Positions 25,522 through 40,750 of a stretch of DNA of 64,000 nucleotides are shown piece by piece. The first letter of the stretch is position 1. Each line of letters begins with the position of its first letter. The stretch spans positions 24,986,001 to 25,050,000 of the forward strand of contig OZ024744.1 in the NCBI GenBank assembly GCA_964016885.1, in the 5' to 3' direction. The position numbers and the translations under genes were made by a program. This DNA is from Eledone cirrhosa (taxonomy: Eukaryota). Under the pieces are notes generated by a model. It worked only from the letters and a program-made list of their open reading frames with translations, had not been told where the DNA came from and searched no databases.

Positions 25522-28500
25522 ACCACCACCATTCAGTGGCTGTCATCCTTTCCCTACACCACCTCTACCACCATTCAGTGGCTGTCATCCTTTCCCTACA
25601 CCACCTCCACCACCATTCAGTGGCTGTCATCCTTTCCCTACACCACCTCCACCACCATTCAGTGGCTGTCATCCTTTCCCTACACCACCTCCACCACCAT
25701 TCAGTGGCTGTCATCCTTTCCCTACACCACCTCTACCACCATTCAGTGGCTGTCATCCTTTCCCTACACCACCTCCACCACCATTCAGTGGCTGTCATCC
25801 TTTCCCTCCACCACCTCCACCACCATTCAGTGGCAGTCATCCTTTCCCTACACCACCTCCACCACCATTCAGTGGATGTCATCCTTTCCCTACACCACCT
25901 CCACCACCATTCAGTGGCTGTCATCCTTTCCCTACACCACCTCCACCACCATTCAGTGGCTGTCATCCTTTCCCTACACCACCTCCACCACCATTCAGTG
26001 GCTGTCATCCTTTCCCTACACCACCTCCACCACCATTCAGTGGCTGTCATCCTTTCCCTACACCACCTCCACCACCATTCAGTGGCTGTCATCCTTTCCC
26101 TACACCACCTCCACCACCATTCAGTGGATGTCATCCTTTCCCTACACCACCTCCACCACCATTCAGTGGCTGTCATCCTTTCCCTACACCACCTCCACCA
26201 CCATTCAGTGGCAGTCATCCTTTCCCTACACCACCTCCACCACCATTCAGTGGCTGTCATCCTTTCCCTACACCACCTCCACCACCATTCAGTGGATGTC
26301 ATCCTTTCCCTACACCACCTCCACCACCATTCAGTGGCTGTCATCCTTTCCCTACACCACCTCCACCACCATTCAGTGGATGTCATCCTTTCCCTACACC
26401 ACCTCCACCACCATTCAGTGGCTGTCATCCTTTCCCTCCACCACCTCCACCACCATTCAGTGGCTGTCATCCTTTCCCTACACCACCTCCACCACCATTC
26501 AGTGGATGTCATCCTTTCCCTACACTACCTCCACCACCATTCAGTGGCTGTCATCCTTTCCCTACACCACCTCCACCACCATTCAGTGGCTGTCATCCTT
26601 TCCCTACACCACCTCCACCACCATTCAGTGGCTGTCATCCTTTCCCTACACCACCTCCACCACCATTCAGTGGATGTCATCCTTTCCCTACACTACCTCC
26701 ACCACCATTCAGTGGCTGTCATCCTTTCCCTACACCACCTCCACCACCATTCAGTGGCTGTCATCCTTTCCCTACACCACCTCCACCACCATTCAGTGGA
26801 TGTCATCCTTTCCCTACACCACCTCCACCACCATTCAGTGGCTGTCATCCTTTCCCTACACCACCTCCACCACCATTCAGTGGATGTCATCCTTTCCCTA
26901 CACCACCTACACCACCATTCAGTGGCTGTCATCCTTTCCCTACACCACCTCCACCACCATTCAGTGGATGTCATCCTTTCCCTACACCACCTCCACCACC
27001 ATTCAGTGGCTGTCATCCTTTCCCTACACCACCTCCACCACCATTCAGTGGATGTCATCCTTTCCCTACACCACCTCCACCACCATTCAGTGGATGTCAT
27101 CCTTTCCCTACACCACCTCCACCACCATTCAGTGGCTGTCATCCTTTCCCTACACCACCTCCACCACCATTCAGTGGATGTCATCCTTTCCCTACACCAC
27201 CTCCACCACCATTCAGTGGCTGTCATCCTTTCCCTACACCACCTCCACCACCATTCAGTGGATGTCATCCTTTCCCTACACCACCTCCACCACCATTCAG
27301 TGGCTGTCATCCTTTCCCTCCACCACCTCCACCACCATTCAGTGGCTGTCATCCTTTCCCTACACCACCTCCACCACCATTCAGTGGATGTCATCCTTTC
27401 CCTACACTACCTCCACCACCATTCAGTGGCTGTCATCCTTTCCCTACACCACCTCCACCACCATTCAGTGGCTGTCATCCTTTCCCTACACCACCTCCAC
27501 CACCATTCAGTGGCTGTCATCCTTTCCCTACACCACCTCCACCACCATTCAGTGGATGTCATCCTTTCCCTACACTACCTCCACCACCATTCAGTGGCTG
27601 TCATCCTTTCCCTACACCACCTCCACCACCATTCAGTGGCTGTCATCCTTTCCCTACACCACCTCCACCACCATTCAGTGGATGTCATCCTTTCCCTACA
27701 CCACCTCCACCACCATTCAGTGGCTGTCATCCTTTCCCTACACCACCTCCACCACCATTCAGTGGATGTCATCCTTTCCCTACACCACCTCCACCACCAT
27801 TCAGTGGCTGTCATCCTTTCCCTACACCACCTCCACCACCATTCAGTGGATGTCATCCTTTCCCTACACCACCTCCACCACCATTCAGTGGATGTCATCC
27901 TTTCCCTACACTACCTCCACCACCATTCAGTGGATGTCATCCTTTCCCTACACCACCTCCACCATCATTCAGTGGCTGTCATCCTTTCCCTACACCACCT
28001 CCACCACCATTCAGTGGATGTCATCCTTTCCCTACACCACCTCCACCACCATTCAGTGGCTGTCATCCTTTCCCTACACCACCTCCACCACCATTCAGTG
28101 GCAGTCATCCTTTCCCTACACCACCTCCACCACCATTCAGTGGCTGTCATCCTTTCCCTACACCACCTCCACCACCATTCAGTGGCAGTCATCCTTTCCC
28201 TACACCACCTCCACCACCATTCAGTGGCTGTCATCCTTTCCCTACACCACCTACACCACCATTCAGTGGCTGTCATCCTTTCCCTACACCACCTCCACCA
28301 CCATTCAGTGGCTGTCATCCTTTCCCTACACCACCACCACCACCATTCAGTGGCTGTCATCCTTTCCCTACACCACCTCCACCACCATTCAGTGGCTGTC
28401 ATCCTTTCCCTACACCACCTCCACCACCATTCAGTGGCTGTCATCCTTTCCCTACACCACCACCACCACCATTCAGTGGCTGTCATCCTTTCCCTACACC

Positions 28501-31314
28501 ACCTACACCACCATTCAGTGGCTGTCATCCTTTCCCTACACCACCTCCACCACCATTCAGTGGCTGTCATCCTTTCCCTACACCACCTCCACCACCATTC
28601 AGTGGCTGTCATCCTTTCCCTACACCACCTCCACCATCATTCAGTGGCTGTCATCCTTTCCCTACACCACCTCCACCACCATTCAGTGGCTGTCATCCTT
28701 TCCCTACACCACCTCCACCATCATTCAGTGGCTGTCATCCTTTCCCTACACCACCTCCACCACCATTCAGTGGCTGTCATCCTTTCCCTACACCACCTCC
28801 ACCACCATTCAGTGGCTGTCATCCTTTCCCTACACCACCTCCACCATCATTCAGTGGCTGTCATCCTTTCCCTACACCACCTCCACCACCATTCAGTGGC
28901 TGTCATCCTTTCCCTACACCACCACCACCACCATTCAGTGGCTGTCATCCTTTCCCTACACCACCTACACCACCATTCAGTGGCAGTCATCCTTTCCCTA
29001 CACCACCTCCACCATCATTCAGTGGCTGTCATCCTTTCCCTACACCACCTCCACCACCATTCAGTGGCTGTCATCCTTTCCCTACACCACCTCCACCATC
29101 ATTCAGTGGCTGTCATCCTTTCCCTACACCACCTCCACCACCATTCAGTGGCTGTCATCCTTTCCCTACACCACCTCCACCACCATTCAGTGGCTGTCAT
29201 CCTTTCCCTACACCACCTCCACCATCATTCAGTGGCTGTCATCCTTTCCCTACACCACCTACACCACCATTCAGTGGCTGTCATCCTTTCCCTACACCAC
29301 CTCCACCACCATTCAGTGGCTGTCATCCTTTCCCTACACCACCTCCACCATCATTCAGTGGCTGTCATCCTTTCCCTACACCACCTACACCACCATTCAG
29401 TGGCTGTCATCCTTTCCCTACACCACCTCCACCACCATTCAGTGGCTGTCATCCTTTCCCTACACCACCTCCACCACCATTCAGTGGCTGTCATCCTTTC
29501 CCTACACCACCTCCACCACCATTCAGTGGCTGTCATCCTTTCCCTCCACCACCTCCACCACCATTCAGTGGCTGTCATCCTTTCCCTACACCACCTCCAC
29601 CATCATTCAGTGGCTGTCATCCTTTCCCTACACCACCTCCACCACCATTCAGTGGCTGTCATCCTTTCCCTACACCACCTCCACCACCATTCAGTGGCTG
29701 TCATCCTTTCCCTACACCACCTCCACCACCATTCAGTGGCTGTCATCCTTTCCCTACACCACCTACACCACCATTCAGTGGCTGTCATCCTTTCCCTACA
29801 CCACCTCCACCACCATTCAGTGGCTGTCATCCTTTCCCTACACCACCTCCACCACCATTCAGTGGCTGTCATCCTTTCCCTACACCACCTCCACCACCAT
29901 TCAGTGGCAGTCATCCTTTCCCTACACCACCTCCACCACCATTCAGTGGCTGTCATCCTTTCCCTACACCACCTCCACCACCATTCAGTGGCAGTCATCC
30001 TTTCCCTACACCACCTCCACCATCATTCAGTGGCAGTCATCCTTTCCCTACACCACCTCCACCACCATTCAGTGGCTGTCATCCTTTCCCTACACCACCT
30101 CCACCACCATTCAGTGGCTGTCATCCTTTCCCTACACCACCTCCACCACCATTCAGTGGCAGTCATCCTTTCCCTACACCACCTCCACCATCATTCAGTG
30201 GCAGTCATCCTTTCCCTACACCACCACCACCACCATTCAGTGGCTGTCATCCTTTCCCTCCACCACCTCCACCACCATTCAGTGGCTGTCATCCTTTCCC
30301 TACACCACCTACACCACCATTCAGTGGCTGTCATCCTTTCCCTACACCACCTCCACCGCCATTCAGTGGATGTCATCCTTTCCCTACACTACCTCCACCA
30401 CCATTCAGTGGCTGTCATCCTTTCCCTACACCACCTCCACCACCATTCAGTGGATGTCATCCTTTCCCTACACCACCACCACCACCATTCAGTGGCTGTC
30501 ATCCTTTCCCTACACCACCTCCACCACCATTCAGTGGCAGTCATCCTTTCCCTACACCACCTCCACCACCATTCAGTGGCAGTCATCCTTTCCCTACACC
30601 ACCACCACCACCATTCAGTGGCTGTCATCCTTTCCCTACACCACCTCCACCACCATTCAGTGGCTGTCATCCTTTCCCTACACCACCTCCACCACCATTC
30701 AGTGGCTGTCATCCTTTCCCTACACCACCTCCACCACCATTCAGTGGATGTCATCCTTTCCCTACACTACCTCCACCACCATTCAGTGGCTGTCATCCTT
30801 TCCCTACACTACCTCCACCACCATTCAGTGGCTGTCATCCTTTCCCTACACCACCTCCACCACCATTCAGTGGCTGTCATCCTTTCCCTACACCACCTCC
30901 ACCACCATTCAGTGGCTGTCATCCTTTCCCTACACCACCTCCACCACCATTCAGTGGCTGTCATCCTTTCCCTACACCACCTCCACCACCATTCAGTGGC
31001 TGTCATCCTTTCCCTACACCACCTCCACCACCATTCAGTGGCTGTCATCCTTTCCCTACACCACCTCCACCACCATTCAGTGGCTGTCATCCTTTCCCTA
31101 CACCACCTCTACCACCATTCAGTGGCTGTCATCCTTTCCCTACACCACCTCCACCACCATTCAGTGGCTGTCATCCTTTCCCTACACCACCTCCACCACC
31201 ATTCAGTGGCTGTCATCCTTTCCCTACACCACCTCCACCACCATTCAGTGGCTGTCATCCTTTCCCTACACCACCTCCACCACCATTCAGTGGCTGTCAT
31301 CCTTTCCCTCCACC
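25522..31314. repeat. 42-bp minisatellite, 138 units
   Basis: Unit ATTCAGTGGCTGTCATCCTTTCCCTACACCACCTCCACCACC. First anchor at 25531, last at 31285, a difference of exactly 137x42. Confidence 0.97.
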
Positions 31315-32568
31315 AGTGGTACCAATATACCTATTAGTTAGTCCTACTCAAGATGTTAGCAATAAGGCCAATAACTTATAACACGTGAAACAATAAACAC
31401 CACTCTCATTACCACATATCAGCTCCTTCACTCCACCCTTCACTCCACCCTTCCTCCCGCCCTTACTTACTTCCCTCCACTTCAAGCTCTTCCTCTCTCT
31501 CCTCTCTTCTCTATTGCCACCACCACCACCACCACAACCTCCACCACCACCACCACAATCTCCACCACCACCAACACCACTACCACCATCACCACTACCC
31601 CCCACCCCCACCACCACCACCACCACCACCACAACCTCCACCATCACCATCACCACCACCACCACCACCACCACTACAACCTCCACCACCACCACAACAT
31701 CCACCACCAAATCCTAAGGGTTGCGCCAATTTGCTCGACTCCACACATCACCTAATTTACCTGACACAGGTAGGACTGTTAAAGGTGTGTCTATCATCGA
31801 CACCTTGAATTAACAGTTGTTACTGTCAGGAATGAGGTATATGTTAATCCAAAGACACAGTCTTCAGTGATGTGACAGTAATGTTAGAGCTAACTATAGT
31901 TACATGATGACCCAGGAGGGGGAATTAACAGATGTTACTGTCAGGAATGAGGTATATGTTAATCCAAAGACATAGTCTTCAGTGATGTGACAGTAACAAT
32001 AGATAGTAGTAATGGCGGGGAAATAACAGTTGTTACTGTCAAGAAGGTATTACAATTGAGGAAGTTGTGTCTCATCAGGAACTATATCCTACTTCAAGAT
32101 TGATAGGGCAACCGTAATACATAGACATATAATTCAGTCATGTCTGCTTACTACTTGTCATTGGGTCTTAGAAAATAAAGGGTCATTATGAACACGTGCA
32201 CAAACGAATGCACACCTACACACATAAAAACATACGCATTCACACACACACGCAACGCACAAACAACACAACAAGTGTACACACACTCACATACAACGCA
32301 CATACACACACAGCACACCCACACAATACACATACACAGTCACATACATAGATAGACGGCGTTTCAATGCGCTTTTTTGTAACATCAAGTCGGTGACCTT
32401 GTTTTGACTGTCAGTTGTAAATGTTACACCTATGCAGGTGAGCGACATACAACAGGATATTGTTGTTGTTGTGGTTGTTGTTGTTGCTGTGGTTATTGTT
32501 GTTGCTGTGGTTATTGTTGTTCTTGTTGTTGCTGTTGTTGTTGCTGTTGTTGTTGCTGTTGTTGTTGC

Positions 32569-32631
<63 letters not shown>

Positions 32632-32957
32632 GGTTGTTGTTGTTATTATTATTGCTGTTGTGTGTTTAGTAAAACTGTGACAACGTCTAAGCCGCGACTG
32701 CTCCATCTTATAAGAACCTATCTAAGCCTTACATTATCTAAAGTGTTCCTATTTTTTTCGTTTTAAAAGCACTAAAGAAGATTTAGCTGCTATTTCTGAC
32801 AGAATAAAAGGGTCGCGAATTACCCCATCGTTGACTCGTTGAGCAAAAAGCTCGAAGTAATAGTTGAAAGTGTAACCATTGTTCTTCGGAAATTGAAAAA
32901 AAGATCTTCATTCCTCAACAGAAACTAGTGGAATTCTTTTATGGGTGCCTTTTAAGT

Positions 32958-33687
32958 TACTACTCTATAGATACCCGAGGGTGGTTCTATCTAGTGTCTA
33001 CTTTATGTTACTACTCTATAGATACCCGAGGATGGTTCTATCTAGTGTTTACTCTATGTTACTACTCTATAGATACCCGAGGGTGGTTCTATCTAGTGTC
33101 TACTTTATGTTACTACTCTATAGATACCCGAGGGTGGTTCTATCTAGTGTCTACTCTATGTTACTACTCTATAGATACCCGAGGATGGTTCTATCTAGTG
33201 TCTACTTTATGTTACTACTCTATAGATACCCGAGGGTGGTTCTGTCTAGTGTCTACTCTATGTTACTACTCTATAGATACCCGAGGATGGTTCTATCTAG
33301 TGTCTACTTTATGTTACTACTCTATAGATACCTGAGGATGGTTCTATCTAGTGTCTACTCTATGTTACTACTCTATAGATACCCGAGGGTGGTTCTATCT
33401 AGTGTCTACTTTATGTTACTACTCTATAGATACCTGAGGATGGTTCTATCTAGTGTCTACTCTATGTTACTACTCTATAGATACCCGAGGGTGGTTCTAT
33501 CTAGTGTCTACTTTATGTTACTACTCTATAGATACCTGAGGATGGTTCTATCTAGTGTCTACTCTATGTTACTACTCTATAGATACCCGAGGGTGGTTCT
33601 ATCTAGTGTTTACTCTATGTTACTACTCTATAGATACCCGAGGATGGTTCTATCTAGTGTTTACTCTATGTTACTACTCTATAGATA
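32958..33687. repeat. 51-bp minisatellite, ~14 units
   Basis: Unit TACTACTCTATAGATACCCGAGG(G/A)TGGTTCTATCTAGTGTCTACT(T/C)TATGT. Confidence 0.95.
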
Positions 33688-33754
33688 TTGTTACTACCCC
33701 AGTAGATATACAATCATATCATCTAAACCTACAAGTATATATGTATGATATAAT

Positions 33755-33915
33755 TGTTTCTACTTTGGGCACAAGGCCAGCAATTTACTCCAGTACATTA
33801 CAGGTACTTTATTTTATCGATCCCGTAAGGAGGAAAGGCAAAGTTAAACTCAGAATGGCAAGGACCGTAACTCTATGCTGCAAAGCATGGTCTCCGACCC
33901 TCTACCGGTACTGCC
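33755..33915 (-). mobile_element. SINE family A (internal deletion)
   Basis: Core match. TSD ATGATATAAT on both sides. Confidence 0.85.
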
Positions 33916-34003
33916 ATGATATAATGTGTTTCTGTTGGCTGATCATTTGGACATGTTTTTCCTTTCACAGTCGTATTCTACATTACATTATTATATCAAC
34001 ACA

Positions 34004-34190
34004 AGAGGGTGGATTGGCAGTATCGGTAGAGGATTGGTCGCTATGCTTTGACGCATAGAGTTACGGCCCCTGCCATTCTGAGTTCGAATCCCGCCGAGGT
34101 TAACTTTGCCTTTAATCCTTACGGGGTCGATAAAATAAAGTACCAGTAATGTACTGGTGATTTGGTGGCCTTGTGCCAAAAGTAGAAATA
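34004..34190 (+). mobile_element. SINE family A, full length
   Basis: B-box GTTCGAATCC. 17-bp TSD ATTATTATATCAACACA at 33987-34003 and 34191-34207. Confidence 0.9.
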
Positions 34191-35116
34191 ATTATTATAT
34201 CAACACATACTATGTCATCTGTATTACCTTCTTTGACAGTGTAGTGTCATACGATACTCTGCCCTACATAAGACTAAGCCAACTGTCGGGAATCACCAGA
34301 ATCTAGGATAGAGAACACACTTTGCCGTCATTTTGTTTTGTTTTGTTTTGTTTTGTTTTGTTATTTTATTTTTATCTGTGCGTTCTGAGTTCAAATCTAG
34401 AGAAATCTCATATTAGAAGTTCATCCTTTCAGGGCCGATAAATAAAATCCCCAGTCCAGCATTTAGTGGCGGCGGCGACGGCAACCCCCCCCCCTTCTCC
34501 TCCTATAATTGGCTACGCAACGCTTGTGAGATGAGGGCGATGTACCACTTACAGTGTCTGTGATGTCAGAAAGGATGGAAGACTCTACTGACATAATTAA
34601 AACACCGCCAGGATGCTGGGAAGAGCCACCCACACTCCATCAGTTGACTGTTGCTGCTGCTGATGCCCTACTTATTATAATATACTTACACAACTTCACA
34701 ACCACAATACATCACATTCTACTATTCTATAGTATTGGAATATAACAGACACTACACCCTATCATCTATACTATAACCCTTTCTATACCAGCACAAACCA
34801 GTTTCATACTACACTATACCAGCTTATTATCTACTAAACCAAACTAGAGTATTTATTTACAGTCAATGACAGTCGACTACTTCTACATAATGACTTGATC
34901 TGCCAGAAATAGCAGCCAAATTCCCTTCAAATGACAACTCTACAGCGAATTTATGTGTAAAGATGTGTATTTATGTGTAAAGATGTATGTGTGTACGTAT
35001 ATATATATATGTATATATATATGTGTGTGTGCGGGGTGGGGGTGAGTTAGATGCAGAAATGACGTCTACATGACTAGAACTGTTTCATTTGTATGCAATC
35101 ATCAGGAATGTACATA

Positions 35117-35157
<41 letters not shown>

Positions 35158-35509
35158 GCATATCTGTATATATATAGAGAGATATGGGGAGAGAGTGTGT
35201 GGTGGTAGGGTTGTTAGAGTAAGGTTAAACAATAAAGGATGAGGGTGGCGGATGTTTATTCGAGTAGATTTCTATTATTATGTAGGGAGATGTTTTATTT
35301 AATCGTTGTTCAGTCTTTTACAATTGTGTAGCAACACTTGTTGGAAGCAACTTCCAATCAGCTTCATCTCATGGAGGCTGATAATTACCCAACACAGACA
35401 AGACAAACATTTTTATCTAATTAATATCTTACAATTAATAATAAATAGGCTTATAGGGAAGGTAAGAAACACACACACACACATACACACATATATATAT
35501 ATATGTATA

Positions 35510-35624
<115 letters not shown>

Positions 35625-36143
35625 GTATATATATATATACATATATATATATAAATGTGTGTGTGTGTGTATATATATACATATATATAGAAGTTTTTTT
35701 CAAGTAATTAAATGAAAACAATGCTTTAAACCACTTACTATTGTCTTACAAACCACATGGCATAAAAATTAATTGATAAATAATTTAAAATGATAAATAA
35801 TTTAACATGAAAATAAAAATAATAATAATAATGAATAATTAGGTAATAAACTAATTAAAAAGTAAAAAGGGGTTAAGAACGCTATAAAGTTAAGGTAATA
35901 ATTAATGATATATAAATTGGGTAAATCATTACATAAGTCAAACGATTAAATTTTATTTAAATTTTAATTAAATGAAATCAATAATCAAATTAAGATATGA
36001 AAATAAATTTGCATTATTTTATATTAGTGTGAATTGAAAGACGAAAATAAAACAAAACAAAAAACAAAAACAGCAACAACAAAATCATTTAAATGCGTGT
36101 GTTCGCATATGTAGATATGTTTACATATAGATACACATATATA

Positions 36144-36204
<61 letters not shown>

Positions 36205-36706
36205 GTTTGTGTGTGTCTGTTGGTATATATATATATATATATAATGTCTGTGTGTGTCTGTTGGTATATATATATATATAATTAACGGTTATACTTTATT
36301 GCTATTTATTTAAAGAAAATAATAAATTATAAAAGTGTGAACGTTAGGGGAGGGTGCTTAAAACAATAAAACATACGTTGGGTCGTTTTAATTGAATATA
36401 TTTAAACTGGATGGTGAAAAAGAAGATAAAAATGAAATGACGAAAGTTAAAAACTAGAATTAATTATAAATATATAAAATATATTCTTTTAAAAAAATGG
36501 CAAATGAGAAAGGTTAAACTTTTCAATAATTAAAGTAAAATAAAAAAAAAATTTTGAACAGAAATAATTCTGGAAGATTTAAAAAAAAACGACTTTAGAT
36601 GGAAATAATTTATGAAGCTTGTAATATCTAAAGTGATACATATATAGGAAGATCTTATATATGTATATATATATATATATTTACATGTATGTATATATAT
36701 ATATGT

Positions 36707-36806
<100 letters not shown>

Positions 36807-36823
36807 TTACATGTATGTATATA

Positions 36824-36861
<38 letters not shown>

Positions 36862-36927
36862 CATATATATATATATATTTATATATATATATATATATAT
36901 ACGTATATATATATACATTCATATATG

Positions 36928-37003
<76 letters not shown>

Positions 37004-37040
37004 CGTATATATATATATTTATTCATATATATATATATAT

Positions 37041-37272
<232 letters not shown>

Positions 37273-37680
37273 ATATACATACATATATATATATATACGT
37301 ATATATATATACATTCATATATATATATATATATATATATATACCACACACAGTCATACATATAATAAATATACGCATACGTTTTACCAGATGTATGTAT
37401 CTATGAATGATAGACGTGCTGGATAGCTTCGTTGCTTGGGTGGATCAGTGTCCGGGTGAAGCGGTGTCCGGGTGGGGCGGTGTCCGGGGGGGGGGGGGGG
37501 GGGGTTACCGGGGGTGGGGGTGCCTGGATGGATGAAACGCTTCTATTTATTCACGTAAACCTCTAAATCCTAACATCTCCATACCCATCAATCATCATAT
37601 ATGTCTCTCTCACATACCCTCTCACCCCTTTTCCTATTTTTCAGGCACACATAAGCAAAACACGCATCGCACACACACAG

Positions 37681-37724
<44 letters not shown>

Positions 37725-37788
37725 ACACACACACACAGGCAAACACAGACACACAGATAGACACACAGACTCACAGACAGACACACAT

Positions 37789-37874
<86 letters not shown>

Positions 37875-38152
37875 TCATATAGGTAGGTAAAGCTTGTGTT
37901 TTACACACTCACACGCAACACACACACACTTACATATACATTTAGAAACACTCTGTTTTCTGCATTACATACACACACACTCTCTCTGTTTCTCGCTCTC
38001 TTACACAACGCGACACCATTCCTCTCTCTTTCTCTCTAACTGACATACCTCCCACCCACCAGCCCACCACACTCTTATCATCTTCAATTTACTTTTGCCG
38101 CCGCCTCACCCTTAAACCCAGGACAGCCAAAGGTTTTTGTCAAAAGGTTTCA

Positions 38153-38487
38153 CATATGTATGTTTAATAAAAATATACATCTGCATGTATGTTTAATAAA
38201 AATATACATCTGCATGTATGTTTAATAAAAATATACATCTGCATGTATGTTTAATAAAAATATACATCTGCATGTATGTTTAATAAAAATATACATCTGC
38301 ATGTATGTTTAATAAAAATATACATCTGCACGTATGTTTAATAAAAAATATACATCTGCATGTATGTTTAATAAAAATATACATCTGCATGTATGTTTAA
38401 TAAAAATATACATCTGCATGTATGTTTAATAAAAATATGCATCTGCATGTATGTTTAATAAAAAATATACATCTGCATGTATGTTTA
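38153..38487. repeat. 29-bp tandem repeat, ~11.5 units
   Basis: Unit CATGTATGTTTAATAAAAATATACATCTG. Confidence 0.95.
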
Positions 38488-38627
38488 TTGAACGTACGCA
38501 AAACGTACGTAAAATTTAGTCACAATTTATCCACAAACATACACACATAAGCAAACTTGTAAATATACACACGCGCTTATATATATGGGAGGGGGGGGGG
38601 GCGTATATATATATGTATATAAGTGTA

Positions 38628-38910
38628 ATTCAATGATATTAATAAATGGAAACTATATTTATAAAACCATATTTATTCTATTATATATATTTCAAGGGCA
38701 CCAAAACTTTGGAACGCACTCATTAGATAACATAGGAAGTGTGTTTTATAAATGTTGACATAACCAAGGAAAATATACCTTAAAGGTTCAAGTTTTCCTT
38801 CGTATTTTATCTGATGAGAGCGTACCAAAGTTTTGGTACCCTTAAAATATATATAATAGAATAAATATGGTTTTATAAATATAGTTTCCATTTATTTAAT
38901 ATCATTGAAT
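38628..38910. mobile_element. Palindromic family H1 element with decayed hammerhead motifs
   Basis: ~105-bp imperfect arms. CTGATGA at 38811 (+) and CTAATGA on the minus arm (38720-38726). Confidence 0.8.
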
Positions 38911-38949
38911 ATTATACTCCAGAAATATATATATAATAATAATAATAAT

Positions 38950-39196
38950 TGTTTCTACTTAAGGCACAAGGCCAGCAATTACCCAGTACATTACTGGTAC
39001 TTTATTTTTAATAAGAATTGTTTCTACGTTAGGCACAAGGCCAGCAATTTCCCAGTGCATTACTGGTACTTTATTTTATCGACCCCGTAAGGATGAAAGG
39101 CAAAGTTAACCTTGGCGGGATTTGAACTCGGAATGGCAAGGGCCGTAACTCTATACGTCAAAGCATGGCGTTCGACCCTCTACCAATACTGCCATA
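38950..39196 (-). mobile_element. SINE family A with tandemly duplicated 3' end
   Basis: Full copy at 39018-39196 plus an extra 3' segment at 38950-39008. Confidence 0.85.
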
Positions 39197-39200
39197 TAAT

Positions 39201-39272
<72 letters not shown>

Positions 39273-39275
39273 ATA

Positions 39276-39554
<279 letters not shown>

Positions 39555-39559
39555 AATGT

Positions 39560-39594
<35 letters not shown>

Positions 39595-39603
39595 AATGTA
39601 CAC

Positions 39604-39788
<185 letters not shown>

Positions 39789-39792
39789 GTAC

Positions 39793-39850
<58 letters not shown>

Positions 39851-39882
39851 TGGTGTTTGTGGTAGTAGTAGTAGTAGTAGCA

Positions 39883-39947
<65 letters not shown>

Positions 39948-39968
39948 GGTGGTGGTGGTGGTGGTAGC

Positions 39969-40013
<45 letters not shown>

Positions 40014-40017
40014 TGTG

Positions 40018-40057
<40 letters not shown>

Positions 40058-40311
40058 CAGTAGTTGTGGTGGTGGTAGTTATAATCAACATCATTTTCAG
40101 TATCAACATCACCACCACCATCACTACCCCCACCACCACCATCATGACCCCACCTCATCACCAACACCACCATCACCACCACCACCATAACCAACAACAC
40201 CAACACCACTACCCCCACCACCATCACCATCATCACTACCACCATCATCATCAGTAGCAGCAACAGCCGTACCTACGACAGCAGTCGTAACAATTGATGT
40301 AACATATATAG

Positions 40312-40438
40312 TTGTTTCTACTTTAGGCACAAGGCCAGCAATAACCCAGTGTATTACTGGTACTTTATTTAATCGACCCCGTAAGGATGAAAGGAAAAGT
40401 TAACTTCCGCGGGATTTGAACTCAGAATGGCAAGGGCC
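40312..40438 (-). mobile_element. SINE family A, 5'-truncated
   Basis: Core and B-box match. Confidence 0.85.
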
Positions 40439-40508
40439 TGAACATTATATATAATGACAGACAGACAGATTCATAGACAGTTATATACACATACACAGTC
40501 TAACGGTA

Positions 40509-40539
<31 letters not shown>

Positions 40540-40667
40540 TGTATGTATGTATGTATGTATGTATGTATGTATGTATGTATGTATGTGTCTATATATATAT
40601 ATGTATATGTATGTGTGTTCTGTTATTATTTCTTACAATATTATTACAACAATATGACCCTCCCCAA

Positions 40668-40750
<83 letters not shown>

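Noticed and set aside
25463-31381. Three ~1950-aa ORFs
   Set aside because: They result from a stop-free 42-bp unit. The first two starts lie inside a SINE and the third inside the array, with no non-repetitive domain.
32958-33687. CRISPR-like appearance of the 51-, 42- and 29-bp arrays
   Set aside because: No unique spacers, no cas genes, eukaryotic context.
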